64,000 nucleotides of DNA, taken from contig OZ004608.1 in the NCBI GenBank assembly GCA_963924565.1, positions 33,542,001 through 33,606,000 of the forward strand. The letters are read 5' to 3'. Both the position numbers and the translations under genes were made by a program. The notes below the pieces were generated by a model. That model did no database searches. It saw only the letters and a list, made by a program, of their open reading frames with translations, and was not told the DNA's origin. Within the stretch, counting starts at the first letter, position 1. Every line of letters starts with the position of its first letter. The stretch comes from Ascidiella aspersa. Taxonomy: Eukaryota. Below, piece by piece: positions 16,938 to 28,303 of the stretch.

Positions 16938-17100
16938 TTGATAATCAATTTCAAAGCCAAAAAGGTCAAGTAGATCGAGAGCATCTTGATTAAGACGTTT
17001 CGATACGAACTTATATCATCTTCAGCTAGTGTGACTCGACCTTTTTGGGTTTGAAATTTATTATCAAGCTACATTACAGATCCGTGCATAGTGCACCCAA
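16938..17100 (-). mobile_element. Repeat with inverted arms and a minimal hammerhead-ribozyme-like core (possible Penelope-like/retrozyme remnant); copies at 28554-28674 (+) and 45435-45532 (-)
   Basis: Minus strand 17030-16989 reads actag-CTGAAGA-t-gatat-aagttc-gtatc-GAAA-CGTC-ttaat, enclosed by ~33-bp inverted repeats. Three homologous copies in the window. Confidence 0.55.
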
Positions 17101-18475
17101 GATTGCTCGTGTTTTGCAAAAAAAGTTTATCGACACATTACCTTTATTTTGCACTAAAAAATCCTACCTTTTAAAGTTTTTCAAGAAACTTAGTCTGCTG
17201 TGGTTAAAGGGAATTGATGTTTACTTCAAAGTAATAATCTAGAAATCTTAGTACAAGTTAAAAAAAAACAGCCGACACGTAAAATTGAAGGATCTTGCGA
17301 CAAACACAATTCTTTTTTATTTATTTTCAAATCGCAAAAATTGTATTTTAAACAAGGCAAGAAATAGCATTTCCCAAAGAACTGCAGAAGAGCGTTTATT
17401 CGACCAAATATATTTCGTTTTCTATGTTTTTATTTTTTGTACCGATCATTGTTTATGACGTAACAATGCTACTGTGTATTATCTTGCTATCTTTCAAATT
17501 GGAAGTCATTCAAATGTTTAGTTACTGAAAAACGTCTCAGACTGAGAGAAATGTAAAAGCTTGTAACTGTCATGTGAAAACCAGTTTTTAGACGTGCGAG
17601 TTATTAAGGGATTTGTGTATGTTAAAAACGCGAAGCCAATACTTTCAATTGCTATCTCGATCGATATAAGGTTTAAACTTTAAACAATACGCTACAGAAA
17701 CAAAAATGCTGTCCAGTTATATAGAAGGTTAGTATTTATGTTGTAAATTTATCAAGGGGCAGTATGTGTTGCAGCATTATTTAGCAAAGAGTCAGTATAT
17801 GTGCAGCAAAAAAACTTAGTTTATACGCGCTATAAAATCGGAATATCCTGATTGTAACCAGTTTAATTCTTAGAACAGTATATTTTCTGTTTAGTTTGTC
17901 TTTTCTGTTTAGTTTGTCCGCCATGTTGATATGTCATAGTAACATCACACTCACATTAAATATAAATTAAAACAACTAAAAGTAGAGCAGCTTATTGCAT
18001 TTTTAACTTAGATAGGCTGCGGTAGAACATTTTGTGATTTGCCATCCTGAAAGTGTAAAACCGTCTTAGTATTCTTTTCCAATAAAATTCCTAAGAAAAT
18101 CACGCAAGTTATAGGACGCAAAATAACCGCAAAATAGAAAGGTGTAGCACTGGAAGATAAGGTTGTATTTACTAGCGAAAAGCATAGTACAATTTTGCTT
18201 AAACAGGCTGTTAAACAAGTTACATAAGCTTTCCTGAGGATAATCTGTTTTTTGAACAGCACTGATAAAGAAAGTGCGTATTTTCACAGCTTTGTTTGTT
18301 TGGCGACCACGCGATATCATATTCAGGTAATAGTGATAGCAAGCTTTGTTGACCGATGTGCGTCCTTCATAATTGACGTCACAATGATGTTACTTTTTAA
18401 CACTTCTAACATTATGTTGTGTTGGTATTGGGTTCAAACTAAGTGCATTGTTGTTGTGTATAAGATGTGTTAAGT

Positions 18476-19047
18476 CAGGGATGTCCAACCTTTCAGCAGA
18501 ATGGGCCGCATTGCCACTTTAAAAATGTCGATGGGCGCAAAACCTGTCGAATTAAAGGGGTGACGCCATAATTTACGCCATAAAACAACTTAACTTACGA
18601 ACACCCGCTCTTCGAGACTTCACTCGCGCGCAAATATGCAAGTTAATCTCGGCCTTATATGCGAGTAGCCTAAATCTCGGCCCCATTTGTTTTGGCGAAG
18701 CGCGAAAAATTAAGTTTACGTGCCGTATCATGCCATGGTACGCACCTTTGGGCGGATAAATTTCCTTAAAACGGTCCGCAAAATCGCACAATGAGAAAAA
18801 CACACATCTTGCTTAACAATGATGTGTGCACAAGCGTTTGATGGATGTTGAAAATAAGAGACTCGATTCTAGTTTCAGAAAAAATATAAGAGGCCGACAT
18901 CAAATACTGCGCGTTCTACACGTTTTGGTGATAGTCGAAACAATTGTTTTAAAAAAAGGCTACTGTAACTGAGGATAAGTAGTGGGACGCACGTAAACAT
19001 CAGATGGGCCGCAATGCGGCCCGCGGGCCACGGGTTGGACATCCCTG
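18476..19047. mobile_element. hAT-type MITE
   Basis: TIR cagggatgtccaacc / ggttggacatccctg; TSD tgttaagt/tgttaggt; empty site (tgctaggt) in the paralogous flank near 24956. Confidence 0.88.
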
Positions 19048-19233
19048 TGTTAGGTGAACGGAATCAAAACAAACAAAACGATATAGAAAATAAACTTACG
19101 TAATTGGCTAGTTAGTAACGTGGTTACATAGTATTCGAATGGTATAAGGAAAATATTGTCTGCAATAGAATTATAACGACGAGGTACATGAATCAATTGA
19201 GCATGAAAAATAGAGATGGCAATAAAGCCGCTA

Positions 19234-22200
19234 TTAACTTTTTTTGTTCTTTGGTTTCGAGGAACCTAGGATAACTTGAAGTATCTTGTTAAACCAAAAC
19301 AAGTTCATGGCATCGACTACAAATCCACAGCCAAGAAATCCACTTTTCATGAGAAAGTTTAATCTGTTCGGCATACGGAATTTTTAGATTATGCCAAAAA
19401 CAATAAGCACAGTTGTTATATATTATTACAATCCAACACTACTACAAGTTAGGGTTTGGGTGGGTCAAGTAATATTGTTAAATGTTTTCCTCAAAATTCA
19501 TTTATTCCTTGCCATTTCCATTTTGACAACTGGTTTCGTTACTGTGACAACAAAGTGGTAGGATTCTAGACCAGCGTCTTTTTTATTATTTAGATAAGGG
19601 CTTGTACAAAATTTGTTTAGTTTGTTTTATGCAGTTTGTAACCTTTAACGTTAATCAATTTTCTTTAAATCACGAATATACCTGTTGAATGATTCCGTGT
19701 ACATTACGTGATATACGTGGTAGTTGTAATAAGGGATAGCCAGAATCCTCGTTATGGTAAATAACACCATCCCAATGATATCGCTTATCTGACGAGTCCG
19801 TTTGCTGCATAGGTCGAAGTCTTTCCATACACCTCTGGGTAAAAACAATATTTCTTAGGTGTTTTGAGCTTTGTGTTAGGCAAGTGGTGTAGCAAAATGC
19901 AGCTCGCTTTTATGTGGCTCTATTTCATTACGACACCAATATTTGACATTATGGCAAACATAGTAGACACGATCCGGTACCAAATGATGTCATTACTATG
20001 CCAAATAAACGGTCCTATCGACCAATGTCAATTTTTTAAGGCCATTACATTCAGGGTTCCTCTGCCAAATGACTTTCGTGCTGTGAAACTCATTTATCTT
20101 CCAAAGGTGATGTCAAATTTCTAATAAAATATATTTTTGGGAGTAAAATGGCTGAGTTGGATCTCAAACATTATTAAAATTGCTGACGAGTTCCGATACC
20201 AGGACCTGGATTTATGCATTTTTTAGTAAATCCCTCAAGCATACCCTATAAAACCTATATGATAGATCTTACTTGATCAGCAAAAAAGGTGTTGAAATCT
20301 CTGACATGAAGCGAAAGATTCCGAAAAAAGCGCACTCCTCGTTCATCTACGTAACAAAAAATAGTGGGTAATATATCAGCATTACAAAATATCAGTAACA
20401 AAAATTTGTACCATTTTAACGGGATTTATTTTTAACGTAACTTAAAATAGGGGCATTTGGACCCCGGGCGTTGGACCCTACTCTACTCAAAACTACCCAG
20501 GTACCGCGTCCCACAGGCGCATGCGCACTTGCAAGTTCGGAAAGCCGAATGCTGTAAATCGTGTACAAGCTGTCAAATTGTGAAGTTGTTTGACAGCCGT
20601 ATATCTGCATTGCTTTATACCACGCTATTTTGGTTACGAGAATGGGTGGAATACAGGGTTATGGAGTACAAGCATGACTCGACGGAAATGATTAAGTTGA
20701 CTGTACACTCAAAAATCTCGCGACCCAAAAGGTTGGGGTTATTTTATGTTCTATTTCGTTAAGCGGAGTCGGATTCGGGTTGTTTTAGGCCAGGGGTCGG
20801 CAACCTTTTCTAGTCGCGGGCCAAAACCAAACTGAGAAAGGTATCTGCGGGCCGCACAAAATTATAACTAAGAAATGTGTTATTGAAATGTTAGAACAAC
20901 TATGAATCAGGCGGGCATCGGATATTTTTTGGACTTAGATACAGGGAGTCGAACCGTTTGACTTTTCCGGTTCAGGTTCGGTTCGGGTTCAAGGATGTTT
21001 TCGAAATCCGGTTCAGTTCCGGTTTCGGTTCGGAGGAATTTAAAAGTTCCGGTTCAGCTCCGGTTCAACTATCGTTATTTCAAAACCGGTTCATAAAGTT
21101 CTTGTTTAGATACAATATAATTTGCGTTAAATCTCAAAATGTGGGTCGATAAATGTAGAGAATAATCTTTGAATTGTAAGTCATTTAATCTAAGTTACGT
21201 GACTTAAAACAGCAACTCATTATTAAAATATCTAAAAAATAAAAAATCAACGATTTTTTCATTCAATATTCACATTTTTTTCATTAAATTTCGAACATGA
21301 CGTAATTTGACTCTGTAAAATAGAAGTTGCGACGTCACGCTGGAGCGAACCGCTTTTGTTTACAGGTTCGGGTTCGGTTAAGGTTCAGGTACTTTCAAAA
21401 TATTCGGTTCAGTTCCGGTTCGGCTCCTTAAAATCTTATAAAATCCGGTTCAGGTTCGGTTACGGTTCGGAAAAAACTGACCAAAAACCGGTTATAAAGT
21501 TCCGGTTCGGTTCCGGTTCGACTCCCTGCTTAGATACGTATTTAATTACATTTACCGAGACAGTAAAGTGTTGACGCAAAGCGCAAAAAAAACGTTTGCT
21601 TGGTTAAAAATTCGAGTTGGCACGTTCGTCATCCATACTACTGATGAATAGTGTAATAAAACTACATCGAAGGAACGCGATAACACTTAAAGTTAATCTA
21701 GCTCAGTGTTTGTTAATCGTTATAAGTGAAAGCGCACCTGGCGAGCGAAGCGAGTGCGATTTTTTTGGGGCTATACCGGTATTTCTTTTAATTTCTTGCA
21801 AGCATTTATTACATTGCCAAAAATAAAAAATAAAACAATGTTAAAAAATATATGTCCAATATTTATTATTATGTTTTCCGTTTTTGCGCGACGCACTTGG
21901 CAACCTTCTACAGCGCAACAGTAAAGAAACGCTGATTTAGTTGAAAAGGCAGCATCAAAACGTAAACAAACCGGATGTTCGCGCGAAGCGCGAAAATTTT
22001 TCGCAATTACGTTCGGCGGGCCGGGGCCGTAGGTTGCCGACCCCTGTTTTAGGCCGACTCCTCAGCCTTGAAATTAACCAACGGAATTACATACCCTCGT
22101 CGCTCCCTTAAATAAGGACCTAAAACTCGTACGGCCACATTAACTTTTATGTCAAAGGCTTATAGTTATTAGCAGCTCAAACTTACCAAAACAAGGGAAT

Positions 22201-23612
22201 AAATATATATTCCCAAAATGTGATGAACGTAGGTTAGAAATGGATCAAATACGGAAAATCGTAACAGGTAGAGATCTAAAATTAAAATTAAAAAAGGTAC
22301 AACACAGATGCTTAACTAAAGTTACACTGCTCAGTTAAGACTATTTACATTTATCATTAAATCTATCAATGTTTTAGTCTACAAATTACCGTGTATTTGC
22401 TTTATTCTATTAACATTCAGACATTACAATAAGAAAGTCATAATTGCATATCTGGATAACAAAGCACAAATTAGCTGACCTGCTATAAAAAATGCTATAC
22501 ACATGGAAACTAGTGCTTCACCTTGCCAAGAAAAGCCTCTGCAAAAAGGTAATATATTTTAACTTTTAAACAACTTCACCTTAGACCACAGGCATGATAG
22601 CACACCTATTTTTATAAAAAAAAAACACAGATTAAGAAAAATTTAAACTTAAGGGCGTTTGACAGTAAAGTACATCAATTTTTTTTTCTTATCAACCACC
22701 CACAACTACAAGAAATGTAATCTTAACGTTTGCGCATTTTCTTACCTTACAAAGTCGTTTTGTAAATTGACGTCCGTACAGATCAGGTAAATAGCAGTCA
22801 AAGAACACGAAGCGGAAAAAACGATTGCGGTTATTCTGTAGATGTAAGGCGATGGTTATTAGTTGCAGAAAATTGGCAATTTAAAAGTGGTGCATATTAA
22901 AAAGCGTTATATTATACAGGGTCTTGACATTCTATAGGGTAACTTTGGGCCTCGAGTGATTGTGTGCCGCATAACTTTTTGTAATTTTGAAAAATAAGTT
23001 ATTTGTATCAGAAATAGGCATACACGCAAGCATTTTAGACATAGATAAGCACCACCCATTACAAATTAATCAAATTGAGAACATTTACATATAGTTTGTC
23101 GTGCGTTAAGGGCAAATGAACTGACTCATATTGTTGTTCTGTTAAAAGTTTGCCCCGGGCCAAAAATTTGGGAAACCACTGACTTAAATGGTTAAATAAA
23201 AACTTTCCCAGACCTTTGTAAAATTTCCAATTTGTCACCAATATGCTAAACGTATAGGACATTTATAGTATATCAATAGTTTAGTCTTTTAAAAATATTG
23301 TTAGGAAGAGCCAATTACCATTTGCTTTGTTGTAAATTTCGCCGCAACACAGTGAAAAAGTTAACTTTATCTTATGCTTATCACACTATGAACCAAAAAA
23401 AACAGCTGCATGTCCGCATTTGGGGTTCTTATGAGTCTAGCCAAATGAAATTCCCGAATCTACCTTGTGTTCTGTAGATCTTGCTTTTTCTTTTCCATCT
23501 TGGCGTAAACAGGTGCGAAGAAAGTGCATATGAGAGGGGCCAGCTTAAAATTAAACACGAGAAATCCGATTGCCATGCAACACATGCGCAACACTATGGC
23601 GTAGTGCAACAT
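19234..23612 (-). CDS. TLCD4: TLCD4/TMEM56-like copy B (7 coding exons)
   Basis: Exons 23464-23612, 22746-22835, 22480-22538, 22187-22275, 20273-20346, 19682-19834, 19234-19363. Spliced ORF: MLHYAIVLR...YVHHIL...FRFMSEISTPF...VDAMNLFWFNKIL...KS*. Confidence 0.9.
20791..22046. mobile_element. hAT-type MITE with a nested MITE, in copy B intron 4
   Basis: TIR caggggtcggcaacct / aggttgccgacccctg; perfect TSD ttttaggc; relative at 55248-56001. Confidence 0.9.
20942..21528. mobile_element. hAT-type MITE, GGTTC-rich family, copy 2 (nested)
   Basis: TIR cagggagtcgaaccg / cggttcgactccctg; perfect TSD cttagata. Confidence 0.9.
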
Positions 23613-24610
23613 TATTTAATCTTATAGTCTGGCCAGCCGTATTGTCACAGTAATACGTACTTAAAGGCGGAAACGCAATCTTGGTTTCTGACAACTGAAA
23701 GCTCTCCTATGGGTTATATAACTAATAGCCTATAGCCTCGGGCCCTAAGGCGCTAGATTGGTCGCGAAAGACAATTCTCGTGATGAGACAACACAGGGAC
23801 TAGCTGAGGACATTTTTTTGTTTAATTTAGGTGAAAGGTTGTGTTGGTTTCTTGTCGTTTCAAAACAAAAACATATTCACGTATATAACGAAAGCTCACA
23901 CAAAAAAGGGTTCATTGTTCACAGAATAAAGAGGATCGGTTGGTTTTGAATAAACCACCTTTTACCTGTAATGTCGCATCGATTTTCAAGGTTTGATAAC
24001 TGTGTATTTGTTACCATTTGACCGCCTTGAATGACCGAGTGAAAACTGCATTCATCAAATACGTGCAGCCTGTTTTGTCAGATTTGTTTGTGCTACGACC
24101 TTCACATGATACAGCAGATTTGCCACATGCAACTAAACCAGCACGCTCTGTTGACTGTCCTTCGCAATTGACGTCTTTCGACTTAAGTGTATTGTTGTTT
24201 ATTTGAGGCTTAAGCCGTGCAAACAAATTCTAAGTGTTTTGTAAACTGATGGTGCTATAGCCTATAGCTATGGCATAAAGAAGACTAAAGTGCCCCCCCC
24301 CCTTGCCCCCCGTGCTGGCGCCCATGACGCTAATAAAAACCCAAACAACTAAATGAAACTAAATTACGATGTATACTAGCATATAGTCAGTAAAATAACG
24401 TAACAACTGACAACAAAAAAAAACGCCATTTTTTTAGCTTTGCTGAGAATAATTTGGTTTTTAAACAGCACTGATAAAGCAAAGCACATATTTTCCCAGC
24501 TTTGTTTGTACGGTGGTCACATTATAACACATACAGGTAATAGTGATAACACGCATTGTTGACTGATGTGCGCCCTTCATAATTGACGGCACAGGGATGT
24601 TACTTTATAA

Positions 24611-24879
24611 CAGTGCTTCCCAACCTTTTTCAGTTTGCGACGCACTTTCAATGCAGGTTTTATTGTGCGACCCACATGATCAAACGAATAAAAAACAAGT
24701 CAATGAGAAACGAAACAATGCAATTTACTATTCATGCTAAACTTGAGCTTGCATATTGGGTTGTTACGTATTTGTTACATTGTTGTGTGAATGTTACGTG
24801 ATAGTGCAATAATTGCCTGGTCTGATGGGAAACTACAACATTTAGAAATGCTTCGCGACCCACATGTTTGGAAGAACTG
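24611..24879. mobile_element. hAT-type MITE
   Basis: Degenerate TIR cagtgcttcccaac / gtttggaagaactg; perfect TSD ctttataa; empty site in the paralogous flank near 18393. Confidence 0.85.
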
Positions 24880-25173
24880 CTTTATAACACTTTCTGACAT
24901 TAGGTTGTGTTGCTATTAGGTTCAAACTAGGTGCATTGTTGTTGTGTATAAGAGGTGCTAGGTCAACGAAATCGGGAAAAACAAAACGATATGGAAAATA
25001 AACTTAGGTAATCTACTGGTATGTAACTTCGCTACACAGTATTCGAATGGTATAACTAAAATTATTTTCTACAATGAAATGTTAACGATGAGGTACATAA
25101 ATAAATTACATCATTACATAAAAATAGAGATCGTAGTAAAACGATTTAAAGTGTTCCGCTTCAAATGCCGCTA

Positions 25174-28100
25174 TTAGCTTTTTGTGTTCTTTGGTTTTGA
25201 CGAACCTAGTATAACTTGAAGTATCTTGTAAAACCAAAACAAGTTCATGGCATCGACTACAAATCCACAGCCAAGAAATCCACTTTTCATGAGAAAGTTT
25301 AATCTGTTCGTTATAGGAAATTGTTAACAAAATACAATCCAACACTATTTTTGATAATATTTTTGGGCGCTGGTCTAGAATGCTACCAGATTTTCGTCCG
25401 GAGGTTTATATTGCTAACATGATTTGGGTTTAGGTTAGGGTGCGAGTAAATGTTTGGGTTTGATGTGTCAGGTATTTATTTTCCCATATTTATTTATTTA
25501 TTGCAATTTCAATTTTGACAACTCGTTTGGTTTCGTATAAGTGTTAGGATTCTAGACCAGCGCCGTTTTTATTATATTGCTACACGCATGTACGAAATTT
25601 GATTAGTTTGTTTTCTGCTGGTTGTAACCTTAAATATTATTAAATTTTCGTTAAATCACGAATATACCTTTGGAATGATTCCGTGTAAACCATTTGATAT
25701 ACGTGGTAGTTGTAATAAGGGATAGCCAGAATCCTCGTTATGGTAAATAACACCACCCCAATGATATCGCTTATCTGACGAGTCCGTTTGCTGCATAAGT
25801 CGAAGTCTTTCCATACACCCCTGAGTAAAACCAATGTTCTTTGTTTGTTTTTTTGTAACGTTATGTATGTTAGGCGAGTGGTTGGCAAAATGCGATTTGC
25901 CAATCATTTCGTGTGGCTCTGTTTCATTCCGACGCCGATATCTGTCATTTTGGGAAAACCTTTATAATCGGACGAGAGTTGGATCATTTATATTTTACAC
26001 GAATTCGGTTCAATTACAACTACTTTATTAAATGTTTCATTACATTAATAACTGTAATTAATTACATCAATTACAATTTTCGGCATTGAAACTTCGATTT
26101 TCTCAATATCAATGTATTGAGCCAAAATTTTAGCAAATTGCATTACAATTACATTGAAACCTGTAATTAATTGCATGACTTACAATTACAAATTACGATT
26201 GATCCAACTCTGATACCCATATAAGGACCTGACTTCATGTATCCACTCCGATCGATATTATAGGAAATTCCTTAAGAACAACCCAATATAGCCAACATCT
26301 TACCTGATAAGCAAAAAAGGTGTTGAAATCTCTGACATGAAGCGAAAGATTCCAAAAAAAGCGCACGCCTCGTTCATCTATTCATAAAAATACTGCGTAA
26401 AATAAGCATTACTAAAATATCAGTAGAAAATCCAATATGTCATCGGGATTATTTTTTTAACGTAAATCTAAATAGGGGCAATGTACTGGAAATTAACCAG
26501 GGCTGTGGGGTCGTAGCCGAACACGGGAGTCGAAGGAGTACGTTTATTTGGATAGCTTCGGACTCAAAAAAGACTATACTTGAGAAGTTGAGACTACCCA
26601 CGTCCCGCGTCTGATAAGCGCATGCAAGTGCAAATTTGGAACCGGTAAGCCGCATTCATGCTGTAAATCGTATACACATTGTTAATCGCACACACCTATT
26701 GTAGATGGGTGAGCTGTATGACAGCCGTATATCTGCATTGCTTTATACCACGCTATTTTTGCTACCGAAATGGGTGGAATACAGGGCTATGAAGTCCACG
26801 CAAGTCACAGGACTCGACGGAATCGGTTAATTCGGCTCTAGACTAAAAAATCTCGCGGCTCAAAAGTACGGGGTGACTTTATTTTTGATTTATTCGATCG
26901 GAGTCCCACTCGGGTTGTTTTAAGCCGACTACACAGCCTTAAAATTAAACTACGTAATTATATGTACGGTACTAATCGCTCCCTTATAACTAACTAAAAC
27001 TCGTACGGACTTATTGACTTTTATGTCAAAGTCTTATATTAGCAATTAAAACTTACCATAACAAGGGAATAAATAAATAATCCCAAAATATGATGAACAT
27101 AGGTAAGAAATGGATCAAATACGGAAAACCGTAGCAGGTAGAGATCTAAAATAAAATACAAATTGAAAAAGTTACAACCAGGAAGCTTAACTAAAGTTAC
27201 ACTGCTCGGTTACGACTATATCCATTTACTATTGAATATGTTTTAGTCTACTATAACAAACCACACATTGGCTGACCTGCTATAAAAAAGGCTAAACACA
27301 CGGAAATGAATGCCTCCGCTTGCCAAGAATAGCCCCTGCAAAAAGGTAATATATTTTTACTTAAAAACGACTTCTGATACCACAGGCATGATAGCACACC
27401 TATTTTTATAAAAGTACCGATAATGAAAAAGCAACCTTAAGCGTTTCGCGTTAGGGAACATCAATTGCTTTTATTCTAATCAACCACCCACAACTACAAG
27501 AAATGTGATCTTAACGTTTGCGCATTTTCTTACCTTACAAAGTCGTTTTGTAAATTGACGTCCGTACAGATCAGGTAAATAGCAGTCAAAGAACACGAAG
27601 CGGAAAAAACGATTGCGGTTATTCTGTAGATGTAAGGCGATGGTTATTAGTTGCAGAAAATTGGCAATTTAAAGCTGCATAACAAATTATAAAGCGTTCT
27701 ACTAAAACAGGGATTCTTAAACTGAGGGGGCGACAGGGGTTTGCAAAGGGCGCGAAAGATTGTTCGAGATTTTTTTGTTTCAATCTATTCAATATACAGT
27801 AAGGTTTAGCTAAATAAGGTATTGTGTACTAACCCCACTATAAAACCAAAACATTTGACATATACAGCTACATGTCTGCATTTGAGGCTCTTAAAATTGG
27901 GATCACATCAATGTAATGAAACATGCACACACATATGTGTGTTAACCACTGTGATCTAGCCCTTCTGGAGCTGCTTTTTGAACGATTCCGGCTTACGTAT
28001 CATTAGTGCACCGAAAGCCATCGCAGACTCACCGAATCTGTCGATTAATGCTGCCATGTTGCATCATTGATTAACAGATTCGGTGAGTTTGCGATGGATT

Positions 28101-28303
28101 TCGGTGTACACAATAATGTAAAGTGCAATCGTTAAGTAAAATTCCCGAATTTACCTTGTGTTCTGTCGATCTTGCTTTTTCTTTTCCATCTTGGCGTAAA
28201 CAGGTGCAAAGAAATTGCATATGAGAGGGGCCAGCTTAAAATTAAACACGAGAAATCCGATTGCCATGCAAAACATGCGCAACACAATGGCGTAGTTCAA
28301 CAT
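25174..28303 (-). CDS. TLCD4: TLCD4/TMEM56-like copy C (recent duplicate of B)
   Basis: Exons 28155-28303, 27534-27623, 27277-27335, 27057-27145, 26304-26377, 25668-25820, 25174-25303. Intact frame; alignable to B in exons, introns and flanks. Confidence 0.9.
25366..25564. mobile_element. MITE with ggcgctggtctagaatcc TIRs and internal gggtta-like motifs; partial relatives near 1781-1950 and 19445-19577
   Basis: ggcgctggtctagaatgcta ... taggattctagaccagcgcc; the same termini recur in FAF1 intron 1 and copy B intron 6. Confidence 0.7.
25974..26212. mobile_element. Probable MITE rich in attac/gtaat motifs, copy C intron 5
   Basis: Inverted ends agagttggatca / tgatccaactct; absent from the equivalent B intron; TSD not resolved. 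Confidence 0.55.
26498..26941. mobile_element. Older hAT-like MITE shared by B and C intron 4 (uninterrupted in C)
   Basis: cagggctgtggggtcg ... cgactacacagcctta with aaattaac/aaattaaa flanks. The homologous B segment (~20480-22070) is split by two nested MITEs. Confidence 0.65.

Noticed and set aside
20958-21574. ORF-track peptides rich in RFG/GSG
   Set aside because: They are translations of GGTTC repeats inside a MITE bounded by TIRs and a TSD.
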